The notes beneath the pieces were generated by a model that saw only the letters and a program-made list of their open reading frames with translations, searched no databases and was not told where the DNA came from. A DNA stretch of 63,421 nt, the filler included. It is 4 parts of 4 records of this genome, joined end to end, with 100 filler letters (N's around TTAATTAATTAA, not from the genome) between each part and the next. Parts side by side here need not be neighbours in the genome. Positions count along the whole stretch, not along the records: positions 1 to 25,430 come from SRR31156797_23345; positions 25,531 to 31,383 come from SRR31156797_23392; 2 more parts are not named here. The stretch is one strand, 5' to 3'. Positions 19,329 to 30,998 of the stretch are shown one piece after another. Both the position numbers and the translations under genes were made by a program. Each line of letters starts with the position of its first letter. Position 1 is the first letter of the stretch.

Positions 19329-19904
19329 TTACTCCCAGTTGCCGTCGGTGGTCGGTTCGGTCATTGATCCAACAATGAGATCCTTCACTGAACCTTTATT
19401 AACCTGGTCATCCGGCAACCCGAACAGGTAGTCCTGTTTGGGTGCAACGGCCATAAATACAGGTACCATCACACCACCTTTATTAATTTTACCAGCATCC
19501 AAATCAAACTTCTGGCCTTCAGAAAATGGAATATATTGAATATCAGTCACAACAAATTCCGGCCGCCTTCCGAACAAGGAGTCCGCAACGCTTACAAATC
19601 CCAAAGTATCGTTGATAGTCTTTGTTAGGGTTGTATCGTTGGGATCGAAAATGATGTTCACAACAGGAATCTGGCCTTCAACCATAAATTTGATAAGTGT
19701 ATCAAAATTAGGAGCAAAGCTGTCGTTCAATGATCTGTACATCTGCTGTACCGACCTGATATCCTTCAGGTTTTGAACAACAATTTCGGCTCTGCGGTCT
19801 TTTTCCCTGTTAAATCTTACGGGTTCCTGAATGGTTTCCCAAAGCATATAAGCAAGATACCCGATCACAATTAGAAGAACAACTTGAACGATTCTGATTT
19901 TCAT
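19329..19904 (-). CDS. Conserved Bacteroidota hypothetical membrane-anchored protein
   Basis: N-terminal TM, LKDIR..Q, YIPFS, C-terminal VGSM.....GNWE; syntenic with DUF3822-rsmD. Confidence 0.8.
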   Translation of the reverse strand: MKIRIVQVVLLIVIGYLAYMLWETIQEPVRFNREKDRRAEIVVQNLKDIRSVQQMYRSLNDSFAPNFDTLIKFMVEGQIPVVNIIFDPNDTTLTKTINDTLGFVSVADSLFGRRPEFVVTDIQYIPFSEGQKFDLDAGKINKGGVMVPVFMAVAPKQDYLFGLPDDQVNKGSVKDLIVGSMTEPTTDGNWE

Positions 19905-20072
19905 AGTCCTTATTTTAATGTAGGTGCAAAAGTAGGAACTTTTTTGTATTACAAAATATTTTGTACTTTATTTTGGATGATTCCAAATATGGTTTTCACT
20001 ACAACAAAAATGGAGTTTGTTTATCATATTTCGGGGCCAGAATAGTATGTTAAAGCATTGATATAATGTAAA

Positions 20073-23000
20073 TTAATCTAATTTTCTGGCAACCTTAATT
20101 TCTGTAAACCCTTCCACGATGTCCCCTACTTTGATATCGTTAAAGTTTTCGATATTCAATCCACATTCGTAACCTGATGACACCTCTTTAACGTCGTCTT
20201 TAAATCGCTTGAGCGATCCTAATTTTCCGGTGTAAATTACGATACCATCGCGAATAATACGAACTTTTGAATTTCGGTTCACCGTACCATCCAGTACATA
20301 ACAACCTGCAATTGTGCCAACCTTAGATATCTTAAACGTTTCGCGCACTTCAATATTACAGGTGATTTTCTCTTCAATATCCGGAGAGAGCATACCTTCG
20401 ATAGCCGATTTGATTTCTTCGATTGCTGCGTAAATAATGGAATAGGTTCTGATGTCAATTTGCTCTTTTTCAGCAATACGTCTTGCACCAAGTGATGGAC
20501 GAACCTGGAATGCAACAATAATTGCATTGGAGGCTGAAGCAAGCATAACGTCGGTTTCGGTAACCTGACCCACAGACTTGTGGATCACATTCACCTGGAC
20601 TTCCTCGGTTGATAACTTCAACAAGGAGTCGGACAAGGCTTCCACCGAGCCATCCACATCCCCTTTAACAATGATATTCAACTCCTTAAAGTCGCCAATT
20701 GCAATACGTCGACCAATTTCATCCAGTGTGATATGTTTTTGGGTACGTAATCCCTGTTCACGTTGTAGTTGCTGTCGTTTTGAAGCAATATTCTTGGCCT
20801 CGCGTTCATCCTTCATGGCTTTGAACAAATCACCGGCCTGAGGAGCACCATTCATACCCAGCATCAATACCGGGGCTGAGGGACCGGCTTCCTTAATCGC
20901 CTGGTTCCGCTCATTATACATGGCCTTAACACGTCCAAAGTGTGATCCGGCAAGTATTAAGTCACCTATTTTCATGGTTCCGCTTTGCACCAACATGGTT
21001 GATACATATCCACGACCCTTGTCAAGTGAAGACTCAATAACTGTTCCATGCGCCTGACGGTTTGGATTGGCTTTAAGATCAAGCAATTCTGATTCCAGCA
21101 ATACTTTCTCAAGCAATTCATCAATATTTACACCCCCCTTTGCCGAAATTTCCTGGCTTTGATATTTACCACCCCAGTCCTCGACCAGGATATTCATCTG
21201 TGAAAGTTGATCCTTGATTTTATCAGGATTGGCGGTTGGTTTATCAATTTTATTGATGGCAAATACGATTGGTACGTTGGCGGCCTGTGCGTGGTTGATA
21301 GCCTCAACTGTCTGAGGCATCACGCTATCATCTGCAGCAACAACAATTATGGCTACGTCGGTGATTTTAGCACCTCGGGCACGCATCGCTGTAAATGCTT
21401 CGTGACCCGGAGTATCAAGGAATGTAATCTTTTTCCCTGAATCAAGTTCCACCTCGTATGCACCAATGTGCTGGGTGATACCACCAGCCTCACCGGCCAC
21501 AACGTTTGCACTTCTGATATAGTCGAGCAGCTTTGTTTTACCGTGGTCAACGTGACCCATCACTGTTACAATCGGAGATCTTGGTTCGAGATCCTCTGGA
21601 TTGTCCTCTTCTTCAACTTCCTGGTCAATTGCAGCCTCAGCACTTTCGAAGTTTACACCAAAGCCAAATTCCTCTGCAACCAGGGAAATGGTTTCGGCAT
21701 CGAGGCGCTGGTTGATAGAAACGAATAAACCAAGTTGCATACATACAGAAATAATGTCGGTAACCGGTTTATCCATCATGTTTGCCAGCTCATTTGCAGT
21801 AACGAACTCGGCAACGGTAAGAGTTTTCTTTTCTTCTTCCTTTTCAGCGGCTTCCTGTTCCTTTTGTTTATGGATCATATCGCGCTTGGCCTTGCGATAT
21901 TTTGAACCTTTTGATTTTCCACCACCGCTAAGCCTGGCAAGCGTTTCCTTGATCTGCTTTTGAACGTCTTCTTCTGAAAGTTCCGGTTTTGGCTCATGGC
22001 GTCTTTTTTTGCCGCGTTGCGGTTTAGCTTTTGCACGAGCCTTTTCACCTTCTTTCCTTTGTTGTGCTCCTCTATCCTGTCCGGTGGGCTTATCATCTTT
22101 CCTGATGCGCTTTCTTTTTTTACGCTTCGGGCTAACCTTATCATCAGTAGATGAAGCAACCGGTTTTTTCTTGGTTGGTTTTTTCTCAGCCGGCAAATCA
22201 ATTTTACCCAAAATATTTGGGCCACTGAGTTTTTGTACCTCCGTTTTGAGGAAATTATCAGTTGCTTTCTCTTCCTTTTTGATTTCGGCTTTCTTCTCCT
22301 GCTCAACGGGTTTTGATTGCGGAACAGGTTTTTTGGGTTCTTCCCTGGGTTTTTCTTCTTCCTGCTTTGGTGCTGTTTTCTTCTTTCTTGCAGAGGCTTC
22401 GGCCTTTTTCTTATCTTCCCTTTCCTTGCGTTTTTCAGTTGCAGATTTTCTTGGCGGTTTGGTCCGCTCGTTTATGCTTGAAAGATCTATTTTTCCAACA
22501 ACTTTTGGTTCTGATGAAGCTGCAGCCTCTTTCTCCGCTGGTTTCTGCGGTTCATCCTCTGGCTTTTCGGGTTTTGGTTCTGCTTTCTCCTCGTCCTTTA
22601 CAGGTTCTTCAGCTTTTTCCTGTTTTGCAGGTGTTTTTTCAGGTTCAGGTTCTACCGGTTCTTCGGGCGTCTTTTCCTGTTTCTGTGCTTTTGGCGCTTC
22701 TTCAACAACCGGTTCTTCATCTTTATCAGCCGGATCAGAAACCGGGGGCTCCTCTTTTGTTTCTTTAGGCTCCTCTATTACAGGCGGTTTTTCTTCAACA
22801 GGAGGTATTGTTTCAGCCTCGGGTTCAGCAGGTTTTTCCTCTTCCTTTGGTGGTTCAGGTGTGGCTGGCTCTTCAGGTTTCGGTTGCTTTTTCTCATGGG
22901 GTTCAACCGAACGTTTGAATTCCTCATCAACTTCAACTGATACGCCACGGATAATTATGTCCTCTTCTTCGTCGGCATCCTCCATATCAGGTGATGGTCT

Positions 23001-23249
23001 TTTTCTGTCTTCCAGTGAGATGGTTTCGCGTTTCATAGAAGCCAAACCCTTTTTGCGTGCCTCTTCTTTAACACTTTTCTCAGCACTAAATTCATCCGTA
23101 AGCAGAGCGACCATTTCAGAAGAAAGTTTGGTATTTGGTTTAACATCAATCTCAAATCCCTTTTTCTCCAGAAACTCCACAATAGTCTCACGCCCGACGT
23201 TAAACTCGCGAGCTGCTTTAGTTAGCCTCATTACATTGGATTCTGCCAT
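20073..23249 (-). CDS. infB: Translation initiation factor IF-2
   Basis: [32 protein letters not shown]; likely start MAESN at 23249. Confidence 0.98.
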   Translation of the reverse strand: MAESNVMRLTKAAREFNVGRETIVEFLEKKGFEIDVKPNTKLSSEMVALLTDEFSAEKSVKEEARKKGLASMKRETISLEDRKRPSPDMEDADEEEDIIIRGVSVEVDEEFKRSVEPHEKKQPKPEEPATPEPPKEEEKPAEPEAETIPPVEEKPPVIEEPKETKEEPPVSDPADKDEEPVVEEAPKAQKQEKTPEEPVEPEPEKTPAKQEKAEEPVKDEEKAEPKPEKPEDEPQKPAEKEAAASSEPKVVGKIDLSSINERTKPPRKSATEKRKEREDKKKAEASARKKKTAPKQEEEKPREEPKKPVPQSKPVEQEKKAEIKKEEKATDNFLKTEVQKLSGPNILGKIDLPAEKKPTKKKPVASSTDDKVSPKRKKRKRIRKDDKPTGQDRGAQQRKEGEKARAKAKPQRGKKRRHEPKPELSEEDVQKQIKETLARLSGGGKSKGSKYRKAKRDMIHKQKEQEAAEKEEEKKTLTVAEFVTANELANMMDKPVTDIISVCMQLGLFVSINQRLDAETISLVAEEFGFGVNFESAEAAIDQEVEEEDNPEDLEPRSPIVTVMGHVDHGKTKLLDYIRSANVVAGEAGGITQHIGAYEVELDSGKKITFLDTPGHEAFTAMRARGAKITDVAIIVVAADDSVMPQTVEAINHAQAANVPIVFAINKIDKPTANPDKIKDQLSQMNILVEDWGGKYQSQEISAKGGVNIDELLEKVLLESELLDLKANPNRQAHGTVIESSLDKGRGYVSTMLVQSGTMKIGDLILAGSHFGRVKAMYNERNQAIKEAGPSAPVLMLGMNGAPQAGDLFKAMKDEREAKNIASKRQQLQREQGLRTQKHITLDEIGRRIAIGDFKELNIIVKGDVDGSVEALSDSLLKLSTEEVQVNVIHKSVGQVTETDVMLASASNAIIVAFQVRPSLGARRIAEKEQIDIRTYSIIYAAIEEIKSAIEGMLSPDIEEKITCNIEVRETFKISKVGTIAGCYVLDGTVNRNSKVRIIRDGIVIYTGKLGSLKRFKDDVKEVSSGYECGLNIENFNDIKVGDIVEGFTEIKVARKLD

Positions 23250-23298
23250 AAATATCTTCTTCCTGTGGAAATTTTGTATTGCGGTAAAAATACGATTT

Positions 23299-24537
23299 TT
23301 ATTCAAACTCAGCTTTTAGTATCCTCAACACCTCAAGGATGGTTTCTTCCTCTAAATCAGTTCGTTTCACTAGCTCCTCGGCATCAAGTTTTAGTACACT
23401 GCGCGCTGTATCGCACCCTATGTTTTTAAGCTCATCAATAATCCACTGATCAATTTCATCGGTAAATTCCTGGATATCGACATCATCGTCTGATTCGGTA
23501 TCCACATCCCGGTAAACATCAATCTCAAAACCGGTAAGCATGCCTGCGAGTTTAATGTTATAGCCACCTTTACCAATAGCCAGTGAAACCTGGTCGGGTT
23601 TCATGTAAACATCAGCTTTGCCGGTTTCTCCATCGGTGGTTATCGATGAAATTTTTGCGGGGCTGAGTGCACGCTGTATATAAAGCTCAGGATTGGAGGT
23701 AAAGTTGATCACATCGATGTTTTCGTTTTTCAACTCCCTAACAATTCCATGAATCCTTGATCCTTTCATCCCAACACAGGCACCAACCGGATCGATGCGG
23801 TCATCATAAGATTCAACGGCAATTTTTGCGCGTTCACCCGGAACCCGTACAATATTTTTGATGGTGATCAGGCCATCATATACTTCAGGTACTTCCTGTT
23901 CGAACAGGCGCTCAAGAAATACAGGTGATGTTCTGGAAAGAATAATTTGCGGAACATTGTTGCGCATATCAACTTTTGAAACAACAGCACGAATTGTATC
24001 GCCCTTGCGATAATAGTCGGTTGGAATTTGCTCTGATTTTGGAAGTAACAGTTCGATACCTTCATCATCAAGTACGAGAATTTCTTTTTTCCAAACCTGG
24101 TACACCTCACCGGTTATAATATCACCAATGCGGTCTTTGTACTTCTGGTAAACACTGTCTTTTTCATACTCCTGCACCTTGGATATCAGGTTTTGCCTGA
24201 TGGTAAGGATTTCGCGCCTGCCAAAATCGCTCAGTTTCACCTCTTCGGAAACCTCTTCACCAACTTCAAAATCGGGTTCAATTTCAATGGCTTTCGAGTA
24301 CTCAATTTGTGAACTTTCATCTTCAAGCTCGCCATCTTCCACGATTTCGAGCATCCGGTAGATTTCAAGGTCACCTTTGTCGATGTTAACAATGACGTCA
24401 GCATTTTCGGCAGTTCCGTATTTTTTCTCAATCATGTGCCTGAACACATCCTCAAGGATGCGCATCATGGTTTCACGATCGATATTTTTAAAATCCTTAA
24501 ACTCCGAAAAGGTTTCGACCAAATTTATATTAATCAT
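23299..24537 (-). CDS. nusA: Transcription termination/antitermination factor NusA
   Basis: S1 and KH domains; [29 protein letters not shown]. Confidence 0.98.
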   Translation of the reverse strand: MININLVETFSEFKDFKNIDRETMMRILEDVFRHMIEKKYGTAENADVIVNIDKGDLEIYRMLEIVEDGELEDESSQIEYSKAIEIEPDFEVGEEVSEEVKLSDFGRREILTIRQNLISKVQEYEKDSVYQKYKDRIGDIITGEVYQVWKKEILVLDDEGIELLLPKSEQIPTDYYRKGDTIRAVVSKVDMRNNVPQIILSRTSPVFLERLFEQEVPEVYDGLITIKNIVRVPGERAKIAVESYDDRIDPVGACVGMKGSRIHGIVRELKNENIDVINFTSNPELYIQRALSPAKISSITTDGETGKADVYMKPDQVSLAIGKGGYNIKLAGMLTGFEIDVYRDVDTESDDDVDIQEFTDEIDQWIIDELKNIGCDTARSVLKLDAEELVKRTDLEEETILEVLRILKAEFE

Positions 24538-24575
24538 TGTACCTTATTATTGAATGTGTTATGAATTCCAACAAA

Positions 24576-25028
24576 TTATTTAAATGAAATTATAATCCTG
24601 GCATCTTTTATCTCATCAAGCTTCACAAACCGGCTTTCCAGGTCATCCGACTTCCTGGCTCCTTTTTTCTTATGGTGTAATTCGATAAACTGATCCTGAA
24701 TTCCAGCCAATTTACCGAGCACTTTTGTGCCATCGTTCATGGTAATGTCAAGCTCGCGGCCAACATGTTTTGCATATTGACGAGGCATTACCAACGGGCT
24801 TTCAGCACCATAAGATCTTACACGCAACTCAAAATCTTCTTCATCACGATCAAGATTGCCCTCTATGGAACGGCTCAGTTGCATACAATCATCAATGGTT
24901 ACTCCGGAGTCTCCGTCGATAGTGACAATAATCAGGTTTCCGGGCTTCACATCAATGTTCATGATAAACTTATCCGTTTCCTTAAGGAAGTCATTTGCCA
25001 GCGTTTCTATCTTTTCTTTTAATATCAT
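24576..25028 (-). CDS. rimP: Ribosome maturation factor RimP
   Basis: IDGDSGVTIDDC..LSR, FELRV.S.G, RQY.KHVGR; first gene of rimP-nusA-infB. Confidence 0.92.
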   Translation of the reverse strand: MILKEKIETLANDFLKETDKFIMNIDVKPGNLIIVTIDGDSGVTIDDCMQLSRSIEGNLDRDEEDFELRVRSYGAESPLVMPRQYAKHVGRELDITMNDGTKVLGKLAGIQDQFIELHHKKKGARKSDDLESRFVKLDEIKDARIIISFK

Positions 25029-25047
25029 TAATTCCAAGTAATAAAAT

Positions 25048-25067
25048 AGGGGACTAAAAGGTCCCCT
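25048..25067 (-). promoter_or_regulatory. rimP-leader-like hairpin
   Basis: AGGGGAC-6nt-GTCCCCT stem about 20 nt upstream of rimP, where the conserved rimP leader hairpin is found. Confidence 0.65.
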
Positions 25068-25381
25068 CAATTTCTTCTTGCCTTACCAGAAGGCAACCGC
25101 CTGTTTTAATCCGATCGAACCGAAGTTCGAAATTCGGGCGCAAAATTAGTATTTTTCAGTTAACTACAAAAATAATTCATTCATGATCCGCAATTTGCAA
25201 TGAACTTAAGCTGATTTGACGCTTATATTTTGAAGTGTTTTTTGAGGTAAAAACAATGAAGTTGATCATAAAACAGTCACAGCAATACTGAGATCAGGCT
25301 GGTTCGATAAAATGATTTTGTGAAAATTATGGATTTAGGCATTGCCTGTTTAAAAAAATATTAATTTTGCAAACCCAAATC

Positions 25382-25430
25382 GGTATCATGGCCGAGTGGT
25401 TAGGCAGCGGTCTGCAAAACCGCGTACGGC
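25382..25430 (+). tRNA. tRNA-Cys(GCA), 3' truncated at the contig end
   Basis: GGTATCATGGCCGAGTGGTTAGGCA-GCGGT-CT-GCA-AA-ACCGC. Confidence 0.92.
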
Positions 25431-25530
25431 NNNNNNNNNNNNNNNNNNNNNNNNNNNNNNNNNNNNNNNNNNNNTTAATTAATTAANNNNNNNNNNNNNN
25501 NNNNNNNNNNNNNNNNNNNNNNNNNNNNNN
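25431..25530. other. Artificial contig linker
   Basis: N-run/TTAATTAATTAA (stops in six frames)/N-run; taxonomy changes across it. Confidence 0.98.
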
Positions 25531-26038
25531 GGGCGGCATCTTCCACCACAAAAAGGTTATGCTTCTCCGCAATGGCCATGATCTTTTCCATGTCACAAGA
25601 GACACCGGCATAGTGAACCACCACAATGGCCTTTGTCCTCTCCGTGACCGCCGCCTCCACAAGGTCGGGATCCATGTTAAGATCACTTTCGCGTATATCC
25701 ACGAACACGGGCACGCCCCCCCTGAGACAGAAGGCATTGGCCGTGGAGACAAAGGTGAACGAGGGCATGATGATCTCGTCCCCGGGCCCTATGCCGCAGA
25801 GAAGGGCGCACATCTCAAGGGCGTCGGTGCCGGAGGTTGTCAGAAACGCCTTTTCAGCATGGATGGTTTTCTCGATGTGCTCCTGGCACAGACCGGTGAA
25901 CCGGCCGTTACCGGCCAGTTTCCCGCTCTCAATGGCAGAGAGGATATGCTCGATCTCACGGCCTTCCAGGGAGGGTCTGTTAAAGGGAATCTGATTGGGA
26001 TGGGGCGGATCGGGGGTCATTTGAAAATTGCTCTCCAT
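25531..26038 (-). CDS. wecE: dTDP-4-amino-4,6-dideoxygalactose transaminase (WecE/RffA, DegT family), 3' truncated
   Basis: IPFNRP, GNGRFT, TTSGTDALEM, MPSFTFVSTANAF, VVHYAGV, VVEDAA. Confidence 0.88.
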
Positions 26039-26080
26039 TCAGGGACCTGCATATTGCAGTTCAATCTCACTTACAAGCGC

Positions 26081-26114
26081 AAAGGGGGCGGACCTGACAA
26101 ACAGGACCGCCCCC
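26081..26114 (-). terminator. Terminator after the S-layer-like gene
   Basis: GGGGGCGG..CCTG/CAGG..CCGCCCCC strong stem with a short U tract on the minus strand. Confidence 0.7.
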
Positions 26115-26142
26115 AAAGATATGCGTCAACTAACAGGAACTA

Positions 26143-27618
26143 TTAGTTGGCTGCATTGTCAACGCTGTCAATAACGGTGAAAACGTTGTTGTCCTTGCTC
26201 ATGGCAAAGGCGTTTACAATGATCTCTGTACAAGTGGAAGAGACATTGAGACGGAGCTGGCCTTCTGCGTTGTCAAATGTTGCATCGGCAGCCTGGGCTG
26301 CGGCATAGAGATCTGCAACAGAGATATAAGCAGTGCTTGCACCGGAAGCCAGTGTTGAGGTTGAATAAGCAGCAAGCGCATCAAGATTAAAGGTCACAGA
26401 AGAACCTGCATCGCTGATGAGGGTCAGGAACACGTCGCCTGCTACAGTACCTGTGTTGGTGATACGAACAAGGTTGGTGAATGCAGAAGTAGGTTTGAGC
26501 AGGAAATTAACCGTATCTGTCGCACCGTTCTTGGTCAGCGTACCAAGGGTCATGTTTACGTCAGCAACGGTGTAGTTAGCTTCTGCAGTAACATCGTACA
26601 GTGCTGTGTAGCTTCCCTCGGGAATAACGTTGGAACCCTCAGCTGTAATACAAAGAGCGGCAGCATCGGCAACAGCGGCATCATCCAGATTGAATGTAGC
26701 GGTTGTGGCAGTCAGGGTATCACAGGCGGTATCGACATCAAAACCAGTACCGTCGTTATCTATGAATACGCGGTTGAGCGCAGCACCTGTGTAGGTTCCG
26801 TCAGCATTTGCACAGAAGGTGAAATCTCCGGTAACAATGAGCTGAGTTCCGGCAGCAATGGCATTAGCCAATGTAAGGTCTGTTGCACCGTCAGTCTGAA
26901 ACTGGTTTCCAGTAACAACGGCTACGTCTACATCACCGATTACAGTTGATGCACTTGCAGCTGAACCAGTGGTAAAGGTCTTGGATTCTGCGGTCACATC
27001 GATCTGATATGTGGTTGCAGATGCACCAGCGATCTCAAGTCCGCTTGTAAAGCTGAGGAGGGTACCACTGTCAGAGGCAAGGGCATTGTTTTCATTCACT
27101 GCATCGCCAGCAGTCTCATACATGGCATAGGAGATGGTCACAGCCTGCTGATCGAGGACTTTGTAGTTAGCAGTATAAAGAATCACATCACCATCTACGG
27201 CAACGGTCTGAGTATTTGCGGGAGTTACAGAGAAGATTGCATAGCTTTCACCATCACCACCCGCTGTCAAAGTTTCTGTCGCTCCGCCGGCTCCGCCTGA
27301 ATCAGTTACGGCCAGATCAGGAGCTCCGTCAAATGTAGCACCATTGGAAAGCTCAAACCGGACATAATGGGTCACGCCATCAGAAATTACAAAACCTGCA
27401 TGGGCTGTTACATCCAGAACACCTAAAGCGGTCGCTGCAGTAGAATCATTGGTAAGGGTTGTACCGTTGGTTCCATCAATGGTAATCTCACTTGCGAAGA
27501 CACCGTCATAGGTTGCAGGGCTTGCTGAAAGGTCTGCACCTGCAGCAAACGCGCTTGCTGAGGTCATGACAAGCGCTGCAGAAGCTGCAGCGGCAAACAT
27601 TTTTGTATCGAATTTCAT
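26143..27618 (-). CDS. Probable S-layer/paracrystalline surface protein
   Basis: Sec signal (SASAFA), Ala/Thr/Asp-rich and acidic; C-terminal VRITNT...GDV.LTL..DAG recalls Aeromonas AhsA/VapA-type S-layer proteins; own promoter and terminator; codon usage differs from its neighbours. Confidence 0.7.
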   Translation of the reverse strand: MKFDTKMFAAAASAALVMTSASAFAAGADLSASPATYDGVFASEITIDGTNGTTLTNDSTAATALGVLDVTAHAGFVISDGVTHYVRFELSNGATFDGAPDLAVTDSGGAGGATETLTAGGDGESYAIFSVTPANTQTVAVDGDVILYTANYKVLDQQAVTISYAMYETAGDAVNENNALASDSGTLLSFTSGLEIAGASATTYQIDVTAESKTFTTGSAASASTVIGDVDVAVVTGNQFQTDGATDLTLANAIAAGTQLIVTGDFTFCANADGTYTGAALNRVFIDNDGTGFDVDTACDTLTATTATFNLDDAAVADAAALCITAEGSNVIPEGSYTALYDVTAEANYTVADVNMTLGTLTKNGATDTVNFLLKPTSAFTNLVRITNTGTVAGDVFLTLISDAGSSVTFNLDALAAYSTSTLASGASTAYISVADLYAAAQAADATFDNAEGQLRLNVSSTCTEIIVNAFAMSKDNNVFTVIDSVDNAAN

Positions 27619-27780
27619 TTTGTTCTCCTTAAAATTTTAAGTACTTGAAAAAAAACCTAATTTAACAAAAAAAAAGCAATTTAAGTATAAATCACCTCCT
27701 TTGAAAATTATACCTTAACTTACACAGGTAAACTTTTATCTAATATCATAAATAGAGCTACGGTACTATATTAAGTCCAA

Positions 27781-27810
27781 CTTATAGAGCAATCCAATCA
27801 ACCGTGTCAA
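27781..27810 (-). promoter_or_regulatory. Sigma70-like promoter of the S-layer-like gene
   Basis: TTGACA-18nt-TATAAG on the minus strand, giving a long (about 150 nt) leader. Confidence 0.5.
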
Positions 27811-27837
27811 GCCCTAATCCTGCCTTTCGGCTTTTTT

Positions 27838-29949
27838 TTAGTACGGCCGGGTCTCCTTTTGCGACCCCATATACAGCCTTTTTCTCAGATCCCGGGTCAC
27901 GGTCTCGGCCTCTTTGCTGTTGTCGATGATATAGGGAACAATGAGCATGATCATCTCGGTTCGCGTCTTTGTTGACTTTTCAACGCGAAAAAACCGCCCC
28001 AGAAAAGGCATTTCACTCAGGTAGGGCACCCCCGAGTACCCGGTATCGTCGCTTGTTGATATGAGCCCCCCCAGGAGCACCGAGCCGCCGTCCTTCAGTC
28101 CCAGGGTCGTGGAAATTTTCCGGTTGTAGATATTCGGGCTTGAGATGTTGGTGGTCTTGTTGGGCTTTGACTCACTCACCTCCTGGGTGATCTCAAGATC
28201 AACGCGATTGCCCGAATGGATCACGGGCTTTACCGAAAGGAGCACGCCTGTCTTTCGATACTGAACCGATTGAAGGATGGAGCTGTCACCGTCGGAGGTA
28301 AGATCCGAGCTGGTTGCCTGGCTGGTGATGATGGGCACTTCCGTTCCCACGTCAATGGTGGCTTCGGACCCGCTTTTCACCATGATCCTCGGGGTGGAGA
28401 GGATATTGACATTGCTCTTGGAACTGAAGGCGTTCAGGACGGCATGGGTCTGGCCGGCATTGTCCAGGGTATAGGTCAGCCCTTTTGAACCAACGGTTCC
28501 CTTGAGGATATTGAGCACTCCGTCCGCCCCTCCGGCGTCCAGGTCCTTGAGTTCCAGACTCATGCCGAGCTCATCCTCATCGTTCAGGGTGACATCGGCC
28601 ACGGTCACTTCGATCAGCACCATGCGGCCGGGCACATCCATTTTTTCGATCACCTGCAGCAGCTGGTTCCACTGACTTTTCGTGCCCTGAAAGATGATGC
28701 CGTTCCGCCCTTCGTCCACAACGATTTCAGAGGCGCGCACCACCGCTTTCCGGCCCTTGGCCGCGGTTGTCTTCTTTTTGGTTTCAGCCACCTGGGCGGT
28801 ACTGGCGGTCAGTACCTTTTCCAGAACTTCGGCAAGTTCCTTGGCATTGGTGTTCTCCACCTGGTAGTAAAACAGTCCTGACGATCGCTCATCTTTTTTA
28901 CCCGGCGCATCGAGAGTCCTGGCCCATTCCCGGACATGGCCAAGCACCGATTCCTCCCCGGCAAAGACGAGCACGGCCCCCACCTCCTCCATGGGAAGAA
29001 TGATGATGCTGCCCATGGGAGGTTTCAGGGACACGGCATACCCTTCGCTGTGGAGCACATCCTGGAGCATATTTGCAAGCTCGGTGGGCTCCAGGAAGAC
29101 CGGCTCGATGCGAATGCTGTGATGGCCCCGCATATTGGGACGATCCAGGAGCCGGACCGCCTGGATGGCCTGCTCCACAATGGCGGGTGGACCCTTCAGC
29201 AGGATGGCGTTTCGTTCCGCATCCTCCATTATCTCCAGATCCTGCCCCTTGTATGCCTTGGAAAGCCAGCCGCGCACACTGGAATTTCTAACGACGGTCA
29301 GCGGCACCAGCTGAAACACGGGCCTGTGGGAAAACGGCACATCCGGCAGGGAGCGCCCGCTGACCAGCAGGGGCGGATGGCCGTGGCTCTTGCCCTTGCC
29401 CGCAACAAACCTCAAAAGCGTTCCCTGGGCTTCCACGGCCACCCCGTAGTTACCAAGAACCTGCCGGGCAAGCCCCTCCAATTCCGAAGGTGAAAGGGCC
29501 ACGTCGGTTCTCAATGTAACCAGGTCTGTTTTTTTCTGTAACGCCGAATCGATCTCAAAAGGCCGGTGCAAAATATTCCCATACACCTCATTGATGAAGG
29601 CCGGCAATGCAACCCCGTCAATATTGATGCTGACAGGTTCCCCCTCGACCTCTTTTTCAAGTGCCGCCTTTCCCATGGCGACATGGGTTTCAGGCCCCGG
29701 GATTGTCGGCGTTTCAACGAATCGGATCTGTTTGCCCACGGGCTTCTCCTGGGAAGCAAAGCCCGTGGTCCGGTCCCGCTCCCCCGGTTCCGGCATCGGA
29801 GCCCTCAATGGATCAGGAACCGTCAAATGCATATTCGGTTTCGGCTCCGGCTTCAAGGGAGCACATCCACAGACCAGCAGGGCAAGCCAGACACCTGCCA
29901 TGAGCATACTACAACAACGTTTATTTTGCTTCATACCTGTTTGCAACAT
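27838..29949 (-). CDS. gspD: Type II secretion secretin (GspD/SpsD-like), lipoprotein
   Basis: Lipobox LLVCGC, N-domains, VLIEVTVADV, ILSTPRI, GVLLSVKP, GGLI, VPYLSEMPFLG..F. Confidence 0.92.
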   Translation of the reverse strand: MLQTGMKQNKRCCSMLMAGVWLALLVCGCAPLKPEPKPNMHLTVPDPLRAPMPEPGERDRTTGFASQEKPVGKQIRFVETPTIPGPETHVAMGKAALEKEVEGEPVSINIDGVALPAFINEVYGNILHRPFEIDSALQKKTDLVTLRTDVALSPSELEGLARQVLGNYGVAVEAQGTLLRFVAGKGKSHGHPPLLVSGRSLPDVPFSHRPVFQLVPLTVVRNSSVRGWLSKAYKGQDLEIMEDAERNAILLKGPPAIVEQAIQAVRLLDRPNMRGHHSIRIEPVFLEPTELANMLQDVLHSEGYAVSLKPPMGSIIILPMEEVGAVLVFAGEESVLGHVREWARTLDAPGKKDERSSGLFYYQVENTNAKELAEVLEKVLTASTAQVAETKKKTTAAKGRKAVVRASEIVVDEGRNGIIFQGTKSQWNQLLQVIEKMDVPGRMVLIEVTVADVTLNDEDELGMSLELKDLDAGGADGVLNILKGTVGSKGLTYTLDNAGQTHAVLNAFSSKSNVNILSTPRIMVKSGSEATIDVGTEVPIITSQATSSDLTSDGDSSILQSVQYRKTGVLLSVKPVIHSGNRVDLEITQEVSESKPNKTTNISSPNIYNRKISTTLGLKDGGSVLLGGLISTSDDTGYSGVPYLSEMPFLGRFFRVEKSTKTRTEMIMLIVPYIIDNSKEAETVTRDLRKRLYMGSQKETRPY

Positions 29950-29979
29950 CCTTATTTGTTTGGTAGGGGGGAATGAAAT

Positions 29980-30432
29980 TCATTCGTAAAGCCGGATGAA
30001 CGTCCTGTCGCCCTCGGCCTCAACCTCGATATAATCACTGCCAACAGACCGGAGGGTCTCGCCGTTTGGGAGCAGGTCCCCTGCCCCATAGCGGCTCACC
30101 CTGTTTTCCGCTTCAATCAGGGCAATATAGGTGACACCGGAGATGACGATCCCACGAAGGTTCCACCGGACCGCCCCTTCCGGCGCTTCAATATCGCTCC
30201 GGTCGCCCCAGACCTTTAACCGCTCGATCACCGCCAGGGATTCGTCAACGGAATCACCCGGCATCATGGGGCCGCCCTGGGCTCCCGCCGAACCATACCC
30301 CTCGCCGTCCCGGGTCATCTCCCCCGGAAGCCCGGCCCAATCCCTGGCCGGATCGGGGGCCAGAAAATAGGAGAGCATTACCGATGCCAGGCAGATAAAA
30401 AGAAAGAACAATATGTTTTTTTTCTGCTTCAT
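29980..30432 (-). CDS. GspC/PilP-like HR-domain accessory protein
   Basis: N-terminal TM; WNLRGIV...ALIE...Y..GD.LP.G..L..V pattern; directly upstream of the secretin. Confidence 0.6.
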   Translation of the reverse strand: MKQKKNILFFLFICLASVMLSYFLAPDPARDWAGLPGEMTRDGEGYGSAGAQGGPMMPGDSVDESLAVIERLKVWGDRSDIEAPEGAVRWNLRGIVISGVTYIALIEAENRVSRYGAGDLLPNGETLRSVGSDYIEVEAEGDRTFIRLYE

Positions 30433-30998
30433 GACGCACTTGCCTTGAAATAGATTTTCAGGCCAAGGGCGAATCTTGACCGTTTGGACCGGACGATATC
30501 AAGCTGCTCAACCACGATGGCCCGATCCTTTTCAACCATGGCCAGAAAGGCCGGGAACCCATTTGGCAAAAAGGGAATGTCCAGGGTCGCCGTGACCTGC
30601 CAGACCCCTGGGTACCCTTTTACTTCGGACGCATCTTCGATATTGACCCGTGCGGTATCGACGCCGTTCTTTTTCAATTGCCGGTTCACCCAGTTCTGGA
30701 CACTTGCCTTTGCAAGGCCGGCACTGTTTGCCTTCCACAGCAGGGCCTCGGCCTGAACGGCGGAGGTCCTGGCGGCAGAGGCGATGGACGGCCACCGGGT
30801 CTGGCTGGAGACCGCCTTCAACCGTTCAAGCCTGACGGACCGTTCCATGAAATCCGCCTTCAGCCCATCCTGCCAGTCCCCTGCACTCAACAGGGCGTAA
30901 ACCAGTCCGATGATGAGAATCATGTAGATTCCGGCCCTCAGGCGCGGATTGCTGCGAAACTGATCCATCCCGCTATCGATACTTGAAGGGATATTCAT
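30429..30998 (-). CDS. GspM/PilO-like protein
   Basis: Single N-terminal TM, coiled segment, ferredoxin-like C-terminus; T2SS operon position. Confidence 0.6.
   Translation of the reverse strand: MNIPSSIDSGMDQFRSNPRLRAGIYMILIIGLVYALLSAGDWQDGLKADFMERSVRLERLKAVSSQTRWPSIASAARTSAVQAEALLWKANSAGLAKASVQNWVNRQLKKNGVDTARVNIEDASEVKGYPGVWQVTATLDIPFLPNGFPAFLAMVEKDRAIVVEQLDIVRSKRSRFALGLKIYFKASAS

Noticed and set aside
20073-23249. Very long IF-2 (about 1058 aa)
   Set aside because: Extended charged N-termini are ordinary for Bacteroidota IF-2.
22009-23319. 436-aa plus-strand ORF
   Set aside because: Antisense shadow of the low-complexity Glu/Lys/Pro N-terminus of infB.
24880-24925. IDGD tetrapeptide in RimP as a sixth member of the IDGD family
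   Set aside because: Part of the normal RimP IDxDxGV motif; lacks the preceding Thr strand and downstream His helix.
25475-25486. TTAATTAATTAA palindrome repeated three times in the window, as a possible att site or repeat
   Set aside because: Always embedded in N-runs; a synthetic six-frame stop linker.
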